From the NCBI GenBank assembly GCA_044345485.1, contig JBIJAX010000005.1, positions 1,985-65,984 of the forward strand: a stretch of DNA of 64,000 nucleotides, given 5' to 3'. Shown one piece after another: positions 46,324 to 55,400 of the stretch. Under the pieces are notes generated by a model. It saw nothing but the letters and a program-made list of their open reading frames with translations. It searched no databases and was not told the origin of the DNA. How positions within the stretch are numbered: the first letter of the stretch is position 1; the number at the start of each line of letters is the position of its first letter. A program made the translations under genes and the position numbers. The stretch is from Candidatus Kapaibacterium sp. Lineage in GTDB: Bacteria > Bacteroidota > Ignavibacteria > Kapaibacteriales > Kapaibacteriaceae.

Positions 46324-48624
46324 ATGGCTCACACCCTACATAAAACCCTTTTAGCGCTCATTCTTTTGGTGATGTCGGCTTCGGTATCCGGTGCTCAATG
46401 GTTAGAGGTGCGATTACCGCAGCCGTTCTCCAGCGGATACTATCTCGATGTGTTTTTTCTGCCATCCAATCCGAATTTGGGCTGGGCGTGTAGCATGGAG
46501 GGGCACATCGTGCGAACCAACGATGGGGGCAAGACTTGGCAGGGATTTACAATCCCGGGTGCATTTCTCGAGTACGTCCAGTTTGTCAATGAACGCACTG
46601 GCTTCGTTTCGGGTCAGGGGGGTGTGTTCCGTTCAGATGACGGTGGTGCGAGTTGGATAGACATCACGCCCTTTCCTATGGTACAAGACAAAGGATGGGG
46701 ATCCTATTGGTTAAATGACCGCATTGGAATCTACTTTGTCGGAGGCTGTATCAATGGTACACAGGCGTTTTATCGTACGTCTGATGGCGGACGCAGCTGG
46801 ACTGTTTTCTATGGAAACGAACCAAATAGCGGCCTCAGCGACGGCTATCTGTACAATGATGGCTCAGGCTGGGCAGTAAGCAGCGGTGTGCTGTGGAAGA
46901 CGATGGACTTTGGAAGAACCTGGTACAAGTTTTCCAACACAGGCCCACGTTACTGGACAGAGGAGATTTCGGTTTTTGGGCGATCTATTCTATTGCCTAC
47001 GTCTGGGCAAGACTGTGATGGTCAAACTCGTAATGCGGGTTCGCTGCGCTTTAGTCGCGATGGAGGCGTGTCTTGGAAGGAGTTTCAAACTCGCAAGAAT
47101 ATGTTTGGGTGCTTTCTATTGTCGGAGCGAGTTGGTTGGGGCGTAGGGGATGATAGAACAGTGTTGTATACGGACGATTCAGGAGATTCATGGACCCTTC
47201 GGAACTGTGGTATTCGTGGCAACATCGATGACATCTACTTTGTCAACGACACGCTTGGGTGGGCCGTAGGCGAAGGGATATACAAGTCTAACTTTTCATC
47301 CAGCAGCTCATCTATTGTGATAAGTCCTCCAGATTCGGTTGTTTATCTGTGTCCAAATGACTCGCTCCTTGTGGAAGCAAGGGGCCCATTTGGAAACTAC
47401 CGCTGGAATGATAACCTCATAGCAACTAGCCGTGTTCTCCGCGATACAGGAACATACATTGTACGTGCATACGACTCTCTAACGTGTGTGTTCGTTGCAG
47501 ATACAATACGTATCGCTGCCAAGAGTACGTTTGCCCCCTCCATTTTGGCATCAAAGAATGCGATTTGCGAGGGCGATACCGTCACACTTTCTGTTGCAGG
47601 CCCGATACGTCAGCTTCAATGGAGCACAGGCGACACGGCGCGTTCAATTGTTGTTTCGGGAGGCGGACCTTACACCTGCACGATTGTAGATAGCGCTGGC
47701 TGTACAAGGACCACATCCGCAGTTACGATTAAGGTCAATCCAAACCCGAGTCCAGTAATAACGGCGAGTCGCAATCTTGTGATGTGTTTGGATGACACAG
47801 TCAGTTTGGGAACGTCAAGAGCATACAGCCAGTATCGATGGTCAAATGGTGCAACATCATCTGTCATTCGCGTGGCTACCAGCGGGTTGTACACAGTTGA
47901 TGTTCTTGATAGTAATGGTTGCGCAGGATCAGCAGACACTGTTGAGGTTACTGTGCTCAACACTCGAAATAAAGCGGAGTTTGTCTTTGATGCGGGGACT
48001 ACGAATGAGTACGTCATTGAGGATCATGACGTAGGCTCACTCGCCTGTCGCGATGTAACAATTCGTAACAGGTCTACGTTTGAAAACCTCATCATCTCTA
48101 AGGCGCACTTCATCGGCAACGTCTATTTCTCAGTTCCACGTGCGCAGTTTCCAGTGATTATTCCGCCTCTAGCTGCGAGCACTATTCGTGTGTGTGCCTC
48201 GGCCCAAGATGTTGGCCTCGTTAAAGACACCCTTGCGCTGCAGGACACATGTTCGATGGTAACAATCCCGTTCGTAACGACGGGTAACTCTATCAAGCTG
48301 ACCGGCACTTCAAGGTGTGACGTCGAAGTGCATACAACGATCTTCCGTGCTGGAGGAGCATGGAGATTGCGCGCCCCATTCCCTGTGCCTGCGCAGAAGA
48401 CCTTGTCGATCGTTGTTACACCACCGGCGGGCCAAGAGGCCGATCTCCGGTTAACGCTTCGAAACATTCATGGTCAAGTGGTGTTGAATACAACTGAGAG
48501 AGTTGCGTTTAGCGAGACACCGTTACGGATGAACATCGTTGGGCTAGAAACGAGTTTGTACTTCTTGGCTGTAGAGGATGGTAATGGGCTCCTAGCATCC
48601 TATCCTGTCATTGTGGTCCAATAA
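46324..48624 (+). CDS. Secreted protein: Ycf48/BNR-like beta-propeller, three Cys-containing Ig-like modules, choice-of-anchor-D-like domain, T9SS C-terminal sorting domain
   Basis: Signal peptide (…LALILLVMSASVSGAQ). Asp-box-like repeats (TNDGGKTW, SDDGGASW, TSDGGRSW, SRDGGVSW, DDSGDSW). The modules at 47320-47958 belong to the same family as 44853-45935. C-terminal …SLYFLAVEDGNG…PVIVVQ. Confidence 0.8.
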   Translation: MAHTLHKTLLALILLVMSASVSGAQWLEVRLPQPFSSGYYLDVFFLPSNPNLGWACSMEGHIVRTNDGGKTWQGFTIPGAFLEYVQFVNERTGFVSGQGGVFRSDDGGASWIDITPFPMVQDKGWGSYWLNDRIGIYFVGGCINGTQAFYRTSDGGRSWTVFYGNEPNSGLSDGYLYNDGSGWAVSSGVLWKTMDFGRTWYKFSNTGPRYWTEEISVFGRSILLPTSGQDCDGQTRNAGSLRFSRDGGVSWKEFQTRKNMFGCFLLSERVGWGVGDDRTVLYTDDSGDSWTLRNCGIRGNIDDIYFVNDTLGWAVGEGIYKSNFSSSSSSIVISPPDSVVYLCPNDSLLVEARGPFGNYRWNDNLIATSRVLRDTGTYIVRAYDSLTCVFVADTIRIAAKSTFAPSILASKNAICEGDTVTLSVAGPIRQLQWSTGDTARSIVVSGGGPYTCTIVDSAGCTRTTSAVTIKVNPNPSPVITASRNLVMCLDDTVSLGTSRAYSQYRWSNGATSSVIRVATSGLYTVDVLDSNGCAGSADTVEVTVLNTRNKAEFVFDAGTTNEYVIEDHDVGSLACRDVTIRNRSTFENLIISKAHFIGNVYFSVPRAQFPVIIPPLAASTIRVCASAQDVGLVKDTLALQDTCSMVTIPFVTTGNSIKLTGTSRCDVEVHTTIFRAGGAWRLRAPFPVPAQKTLSIVVTPPAGQEADLRLTLRNIHGQVVLNTTERVAFSETPLRMNIVGLETSLYFLAVEDGNGLLASYPVIVVQ
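47320..47958 (+). repeat. Three tandem Cys-containing Ig-like modules (same family as 44853-45935)
   Basis: …LCPNDSLLVEARGPFGNYRWNDN…; …ICEGDTVTLSVAGPIRQLQWSTGDTARSIVVSGGGPYTCTIVDSAGCTRTTSAVTIKV; …MCLDDTVSLGTSRAYSQYRWSNGATSSVIRVATSGLYTVDVLDSNGCAGSADTVEVTV. Confidence 0.7.
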
Positions 48625-48633
48625 CTTCGTAGT

Positions 48634-49038
48634 TTGCATGATATGGCACGTATGATTTCACTTGATCCGCGTGTTACGCGGATGAATATAGATGCTGAAT
48701 CTGCACCTGAACTCGAACCGAAAGTCGAGCTTGATCAGTTTCAAACCTACGAGGTGTTTCATCAAGCTAAGTCTGGAGCGCATCATGTGCATGTCGGCAT
48801 CGTACATGCACCGAATGCAGATATGGCGCTCCTCTTGGCAAAGGAACAGTATGCGCGCAGGGGGCAGACAGTGAATCTATGGGTTGTGAATACCCGAGAT
48901 ATCATTGCAATGGCAACTGCAGACGCAGATGTGTTTGCCACTACTCCAGAAAAGACCTACCGCGATGTCGGTGCGTACATGGTCCGCAACAAGGTAGAGG
49001 CATTTAAGAAACAGCAGAAAGAAGGGCAGAGCTCATGA
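48634..49038 (+). CDS. paaB: 1,2-phenylacetyl-CoA epoxidase subunit B
   Basis: …YEVFHQAKSGAHHVHVGIVHAPNADMALLLAKEQYARRGQTVNLWVV… is colinear with E. coli PaaB. The start is TTG 48634, ATG 48643 or ATG 48652. Confidence 0.8.
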   Translation: MHDMARMISLDPRVTRMNIDAESAPELEPKVELDQFQTYEVFHQAKSGAHHVHVGIVHAPNADMALLLAKEQYARRGQTVNLWVVNTRDIIAMATADADVFATTPEKTYRDVGAYMVRNKVEAFKKQQKEGQSS

Positions 49039-49790
49039 ATGCACCCGCAGTAAAGGACCTGCTCTTTCGCATGGCTGACGACGAGCTCATCCTTGCGCAC
49101 CGCCACTCAGAATGGACGGGGCTTGGGCCGCTCCTTGAGGAAGACATTGCGTTTTCGTCTATCGCCCAAGATAAGCTTGGGCATGCTCAAGCACTGTATG
49201 CAATCATGCATGAACATTTGGACGAGGCCGATCCCGACACGCTTGCCTTTATGCGCAATGAATCAGCAATGAAGTGTTGTCAGTTCGTTGAGCTGCCGAA
49301 TGGAGAGTATGATTTTTCTCTGATGCGACACTACCTGTTTGATGCGGCGGAATACGTTCGGTGGACGGCGCTAACACAGAGCAGTTTTGAACCGCTGTCG
49401 AAGCTTGCGTTCAAGATTCGCGGCGAACTAAAGTATCATCTCTACCATGCGCAAACATGGGTGAAGCAGCTCGGTTCACAGGGGTCCGAAGAATCCCACG
49501 CACGAATGCAGACTGCACTTCGAGAAGCGTGGCCATACGCCCTAGGTATGTTTGAGCCATCTGAGGCAGATGCTTCACTGATCGCTGATGGTGTGTTCGT
49601 TGGAGAACAAGAGATCTACCAGCAGTGGTTGTCGTTTATCACGCCAACACTTACCGAAGCAGCGCTCCACATTCCAGATCAGGCAGAGCCTGTGTATGGT
49701 GGACGAAAAGGTTATCACACAGAGCATCTGCAGCCACTACTAACGGAGATGACGGAGGTGTATCGCATTGATCCGTCGGCAGAGTGGTGA
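49035..49790 (+). CDS. paaC: 1,2-phenylacetyl-CoA epoxidase subunit C
   Basis: ATGA overlap with the upstream gene. …DDELILAHRHSEWTGLGPLLEEDIAFSSIAQDKLGHAQALY… and …GGRKGYHTEHLQPLLTEM… match PaaC. Confidence 0.8.
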   Translation: MNAPAVKDLLFRMADDELILAHRHSEWTGLGPLLEEDIAFSSIAQDKLGHAQALYAIMHEHLDEADPDTLAFMRNESAMKCCQFVELPNGEYDFSLMRHYLFDAAEYVRWTALTQSSFEPLSKLAFKIRGELKYHLYHAQTWVKQLGSQGSEESHARMQTALREAWPYALGMFEPSEADASLIADGVFVGEQEIYQQWLSFITPTLTEAALHIPDQAEPVYGGRKGYHTEHLQPLLTEMTEVYRIDPSAEW

Positions 49791-49791
49791 G

Positions 49792-50274
49792 ATGACAAAG
49801 AACGATGTTCTGCTTGCCTTAGAGGCCGTGTGCGACCCTGAGATACCTACGATCTCGGTTGTAGACATGGGCATCATCACAGACGTTGTTGTGATAGATG
49901 ACAATAGTGTGCGGGTTGCGATGACGCCAACCTTTGTTGGCTGTCCAGCGATAGACGTCATGAAGAATGACGTGTTTCAGGCGGTCAAAGGTATGGGTGT
50001 TGAACACGTTCAGGTCGACGTCAACTTCGATGTACCGTGGTCCACGAATCTCGTCACGGAAAAGGGGCGAGCCGCATTGCTCAAACACGGATTAGCCCCA
50101 CCGGAGCCGTATGATACTCTAGCTCTGGAATTAGAGGTCTTGAATAACATTGCATGTCCGTATTGCGGTTCGCGCAATACCACACTGAAAAGCCCTTTTG
50201 GACCAACACTCTGTAGGTCCCTGCATTACTGCAATGGATGCCTGCAGGCATTTGAAGGTTTTAAACCAGTTTAG
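49792..50274 (+). CDS. paaD: 1,2-phenylacetyl-CoA epoxidase subunit D (DUF59/SufT-like plus Cys-rich C-terminus)
   Basis: The start was moved to ATG 49792, just after the paaC stop. …LEAVCDPEIPTISVVDMGII…, …TPTFVGCPA…, and C-terminal …CPYCGS…YCNGC… . Confidence 0.8.
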   Translation: MTKNDVLLALEAVCDPEIPTISVVDMGIITDVVVIDDNSVRVAMTPTFVGCPAIDVMKNDVFQAVKGMGVEHVQVDVNFDVPWSTNLVTEKGRAALLKHGLAPPEPYDTLALELEVLNNIACPYCGSRNTTLKSPFGPTLCRSLHYCNGCLQAFEGFKPV

Positions 50275-52385
50275 AATCTGATAGATGTCTGTACGTAGAA
50301 CTGACGTCCCACCAATCCAGGGATGCGTGTTGGTGATGAGACATCAAGAGCGTTTTGGATGCCTGCGCCGATTCGTACATCCTGTCCGCTGACGTCAACC
50401 GTGGTTGTGTATGAGAAATTCACAACCGTATACCCTGGCACAAACTCATCTATGCGGTCTAAGACCTTTCGTGGAGGCTCGGAGATCACGAATCCGTTTT
50501 TATCGAGTGCTTCATCTCCAAAGCGTCCAACGAACTGAAGCCGGACGTTGATGTTTGAACGTTTGTCTGGAGTGTCGTACTGAAGACGTAATGTGCCACT
50601 GTGACGCGATCGGCCCCATAATCCCTTGTATTCAGTGCGAGTAAGGGGCTTGTCAATGTACCCTGCTGTGCCATTATCGATTGCTCGTAAAACCTGAACA
50701 TCTGCCGCATCAAGATACTGGTAGCCCCCTGCAATCGTATAGAGGCCGGTGGGATCATGCGCCAATGCGAGCGTAAGATTTGCTTCTACTCCCTGTGTGT
50801 ATGCTTCTGCTACATTCCGGTACGAATAGACGTCGCGTCCGTTTAAAGAGGTTACGTAGTAGAATTCGATCAGGTTCCTGAGATCGTTACGAAATGCTCT
50901 AACTTCTGCGTTGTAGAGAAGTGATGTAGAAGACGAAAGTTGTCTGTGGCCGTCTTCGTATCGAAGGCTGGCGTCATACGATAAACTTCGCTCGGGAACG
51001 AGCGTGTTACCGAGCCGTTGTGCGCCAAGCAGATCATATCCAGCACCTGCAAGGCGGTTAGAGAACGTTACAAACAATTGTCGAAAATCTGGTGCCTTAA
51101 AGCCCGACCCAATGCTTGCTGAGGTGCGAACATGGTTGTCGGGTTTCCATAGGATTGAAAGTCGTGGACTTAAAGCGCTGCCAAAGACAGAGTTGTCATC
51201 GAGCCGGCAACTGAGTACGTAGGAAATCCATGTCGTGGGGAGCCCTTCCCATTGAGCGAATGCAACACCAGTGCGATAGAGAGGTGTTGACCCGGCTGAA
51301 TCGGTGTACCGCGATCCTGCTATGTCGTCGTATAAAAACTCGCCCCCTAGCATGAGTCGATTATGCACGTTAAACGAGACGTCATACTGCGCATAGAGTC
51401 GTCCGATGCGTCGGCGAAGGTCATCGACTGATCCAGCATTTCCCTGCACTGTATCAAAATTGTAACGTTCATTATAGACCGAGCCATAGGCCGTTAGGTT
51501 TAGGCGTGCTCTGCCCAGTGCATATTCAAGGCTTGTTGTGCTTGATACATCAGACTGTTGAACACTCCCGGAATTTTGAGCGATTTGTCCAGCTACGCTC
51601 TCAATAAAGGTGCCGATCGACTCTGACTGAAATCCACGAACCCACGAAGTAAGCTTCCAACCACGGTGAAACTTCCACAACAGCTTCGCTTGTGCGGTTC
51701 CATCCTCAAAGCCAGCATACGGGATCGTCCTGTTGTCCAGGGACAACGAAAAGGGGGCTTGCTGCTTGTAGTTCACGAATCCAGAAATCTCTAGACTGTC
51801 AGACCCGTAGCCTGCTTCTGCACGCAGCTCCGTTGGACCCCTGCTGATGAGCTGCATCAGCGCATTTCCATGCAGGCCGTCATCCGGACGTTTCGTAATG
51901 ATGTTCACCACGCCGCCGAGTGCTTCGCTGCCGTACATGCTGCTCATCGGGCCTTTGACAACTTCAATCCGCTCTACGTTGCCCACGGATAGTCGTGTAA
52001 GGTCCAGCACGCCTGCAACACGGCCGATGACTGGCTGGCCATCGATCAGGATCAGCGTGTAGTCGGGTCCAAGTCCGTTCATCTGGATTCCGTTGCGTAC
52101 CGTTCCCGTGAGCATAAGTCCGGTCTGCTCCTTGAGTACGTCACCGAGGTCAGTCATTGCGGTGTTGGCGATGCGGTCTTTGCTGACAACCTCTACACGA
52201 ACCGGGGAGTCTTTGAGCCGTACCTCATTGCGAGTACCGGTGATAACTAACTGATTGGCTTGAATGGTTCGCAGGCTGTCTGTGCTATGCCGCGCATGTG
52301 CTGTGTCTACTGGCACTGGGCGTGCAAGCGCTGGCAGCGCATAGAGTACTGCCAAGATGAACAGCACTGTGTGGTGAAAATGCAT
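50271..52385 (-). CDS. TonB-dependent receptor
   Basis: The first ATG is at 52385 (the track start 52391 is TTG). Signal peptide …LFILAVLYALPALA. Plug motifs (…VITGTRNE…, …DSPVRVEVV…, …IEVVKGPMSSMYGSEALGGVVNIITK…). Barrel ending in …YVQTSIRF. Confidence 0.88.
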   Translation of the reverse strand: MHFHHTVLFILAVLYALPALARPVPVDTAHARHSTDSLRTIQANQLVITGTRNEVRLKDSPVRVEVVSKDRIANTAMTDLGDVLKEQTGLMLTGTVRNGIQMNGLGPDYTLILIDGQPVIGRVAGVLDLTRLSVGNVERIEVVKGPMSSMYGSEALGGVVNIITKRPDDGLHGNALMQLISRGPTELRAEAGYGSDSLEISGFVNYKQQAPFSLSLDNRTIPYAGFEDGTAQAKLLWKFHRGWKLTSWVRGFQSESIGTFIESVAGQIAQNSGSVQQSDVSSTTSLEYALGRARLNLTAYGSVYNERYNFDTVQGNAGSVDDLRRRIGRLYAQYDVSFNVHNRLMLGGEFLYDDIAGSRYTDSAGSTPLYRTGVAFAQWEGLPTTWISYVLSCRLDDNSVFGSALSPRLSILWKPDNHVRTSASIGSGFKAPDFRQLFVTFSNRLAGAGYDLLGAQRLGNTLVPERSLSYDASLRYEDGHRQLSSSTSLLYNAEVRAFRNDLRNLIEFYYVTSLNGRDVYSYRNVAEAYTQGVEANLTLALAHDPTGLYTIAGGYQYLDAADVQVLRAIDNGTAGYIDKPLTRTEYKGLWGRSRHSGTLRLQYDTPDKRSNINVRLQFVGRFGDEALDKNGFVISEPPRKVLDRIDEFVPGYTVVNFSYTTTVDVSGQDVRIGAGIQNALDVSSPTRIPGLVGRQFYVQTSIRF

Positions 52386-52412
52386 GCGCAAAACTACGGC
52401 GCACGTAGGGAG

Positions 52413-55400
52413 TTATGGCAACCAAACTACAGGGAATGATTGCGCCTCATCTACCGTGGAGGCAGTAACTGCATAGACACCTTGGCCTACATTGGTCATG
52501 TCAACCGTGAAGCGATGCTGGATGGGCTCTGTCGATATGTTCTCAAATCGATGATGCCATAAAGTGGAACCGTCGAGCCCAACAACCCGAAGGTCATGCT
52601 CGCCTGGCATGCCGGCATCTACAATTAGTTCAATCGTTTTATCACGAGGATGAGGGATAACTCGTACAACTGGCTTTGATAGGCTACGCAATAGGCGGCC
52701 AAGGAGATTGCATCCGGTAATGAACAGCACGCCTGGTTTGGTGGTCATGTTTGGACAATGATCTGCAAACCACTCTACATTCTCCCATGTTGTAGGCGTG
52801 TTGATTGTACGTCCTGCAAGCACCAGACCCTGCACCTCCGTGATCTTTTGTCGAGAAGAGATGACGTCCATGTTCTCAATGCGGATGTGGGAAAGCCTAT
52901 CTGTGCCGCGCATGGACGTTCGGATGGAGCCGCGACTGATCATTGAAGGGAAAAACGCAGTTGCATCGTGCACAAGGGTAGCCCTGAAATCATCGACATG
53001 AAGCGGCAACGCATCTGGCGGGACTTCGATGTAGACTGGTATGCCGATGCTGTCTTCGCCTGCAGATGCAGTGACGCTGCCAGCTATGAGCTTGATGGGT
53101 ACGGTATCTCTAACCGTGATCGTTACCGACGCTGTTTGAACACAACCTAAAGCGTCGAATCCAACAACGTAATATGTGGTGGTTGTGTCCGGGCGTGCAT
53201 AGGGCGATGGAGAAGTTGAATCACTGAGACCAGCGCTTGGCGTCCATCGATATGTGATAGCCCCAAATGACTTTATCTGTGTGACATCTCCTCGACAGAT
53301 CGCGGATGACTCAGACGTGCGAAGATTGAGGCGTGACACATAGACCGTAACGGTATCTTCTGTAATACAGTCTCCGATTTGTGCGCGCATCACATAGGTG
53401 GTTGTCACCGCCGGACTCGCAACGGGCGATACTGCCGTGGGGTTGTCTAATCCGTCGGCCGGATACCATGAGATCGTCTCTGCATCACCGTCGCTTAGCA
53501 ATCGCTTGCTAGCCCCTTGGCATAGCGAAATGTCTGCGCCGGCATTGATAAGGGGCGTGCGAATAACAAAGACGACAACGGTGTCGAAGGTGACGCATCC
53601 CGAATCACTGATCGCAGCTGCGATGTACGACGTCGTGATCTTTGGTGATGCCGCTACTGATGTGCCAGAGTCGAGTACAACTCCCGATGCGGAAAGCCAC
53701 TGCACTCGCGATGCAGACGTTGTTGCTGATAGCGAAACGACCTCACCTTGGCAAATGCGCTGGTCGGGCCCTGCAGTTATCGTTGGAGACAGTCGTGGTT
53801 CAAGGCGAACTGTATCGTAGGCCACACAGTCTCCACTCTTGGCCAGTAGAATGATATCAACCGGTTCCATCCCGAGCACTACTCTGGTCTTTGGTGAATA
53901 TCTGTCAAGTACGCCACTTCCGCTCCACTCGTGAATTGTGCCAGCAGATGCTGAGAGAGTTACTGTGTCGGACGAGCACAGCAACTGCGGACGGGCAATG
54001 TCTACTGCAAAGGAGTCTAGTACGGTTACAACAACCGTGTCTACCACTGCGCACGATCCAGATGTTAATCGGACCGTGTACTTAGTTGTTGCAGATGGAC
54101 GTGCTGTTGGGTTTTGTGACGTTGGATCATCGAGTCCTGTAGTTGGACTCCATGCATACGAACTTGCGCCCTGTGCACGCAACTGTGCGGTTGCTCCAGC
54201 ACATATCGTAGCATCACCAGTGGCAGACATCGATGGCACGCGTACCAGGATAGTAGCGGTATCGGTACATCCATTTGCCGAAGCGCCGATCACGGTGAAG
54301 CGTGTTGTGGCAGATATCGTTGCGCTTGGTGCAGCTATACGTGGATTTGAAAGGGGCTGAGCTGGGAACCATTCATAGGACTGCGCGCCTTGCGCCTTCA
54401 ATTGAAACGGTACACCCGGGCATACAGTAATTGTAGAGTCTAGCATCAGAGTTGGTGCAGCCTCAACCCGAATTGTTGTTGCTACGGTATCTGCACCGTA
54501 CAAGTTCGATGTAACAAGCTGGATTGTATAGGTGCCCGGTTTCGAATAGCATATCCGTGACGGGTTTCGCTCTGTAGAAAGCGAAGGCACGCCCCCTTCG
54601 AAACTCCACATCCACGATTCGATTGATCCGGTGCTCAGGTCCTGAAAGCTCGTGCATGAACCCGCACAGACCACTCTGGGCTGCTCAAAATTTGCATTCG
54701 GAAGTGCGCACTGGACGGACCGCTGTGAAGGTTCAATGAGCATTGGTCCGATGATATTGGGAAGACCTAATCTCATTACGCCAGACAACCGAAGGGAGTT
54801 GTCGGCATACTGCGCTGCTAGTCCATAGTTCTGTGGTGCATTGATCACGCTCAGCGAGGGCTCGCCAGGCCTGCCAACATAGATCCTACCGTCTGGACCA
54901 AGCTGCATGGCTATCCAACTGTTGATACCAGCTACTTCGCCTAGGAAGAATGCAGAGGATGCAATCTGTTCGTTTGTTGGTTTAGTGATGTCGAACTGAT
55001 AGATGCGTGCTGAGGATGAAGACGACTCCGGTGATGTGGCTACATAGAGCATTCTTCCGTCGAGAGAAAATGCCGCACCGTAATGTGCCATACCATTTGG
55101 TGACTGCATTACCGTTGTTGCGTTGGATACCTTGCCTGTTTGGCCATCAAAATCAAACAACTGCGTATGGCCAGCAATAGACGTGAGAACCAACTTGCGG
55201 TTGTCTGGAGATACATGCATCTGGCCGGCATCTCTAACCGCTAGCAGTGGGTTGCCTACATCCGAAACAACCGGCAGTGAACGAAGCTCGTCGCGAGTAA
55301 GATGAATGCTGTAGAAATGTCTTGAGAGCCTGCTGCGAGTAATAATCCACCATCCATCGCCACGGCAGTCTGCGCCAGCTGTCAGATGTTCCGTTACATC

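Noticed and set aside
52386-52412. Riboswitch (for example cobalamin or thiamine) upstream of the TonB-dependent receptor
   Set aside because: Only ~21-27 nt separate the receptor start from the upstream gene's stop, which is far too short for any riboswitch aptamer.
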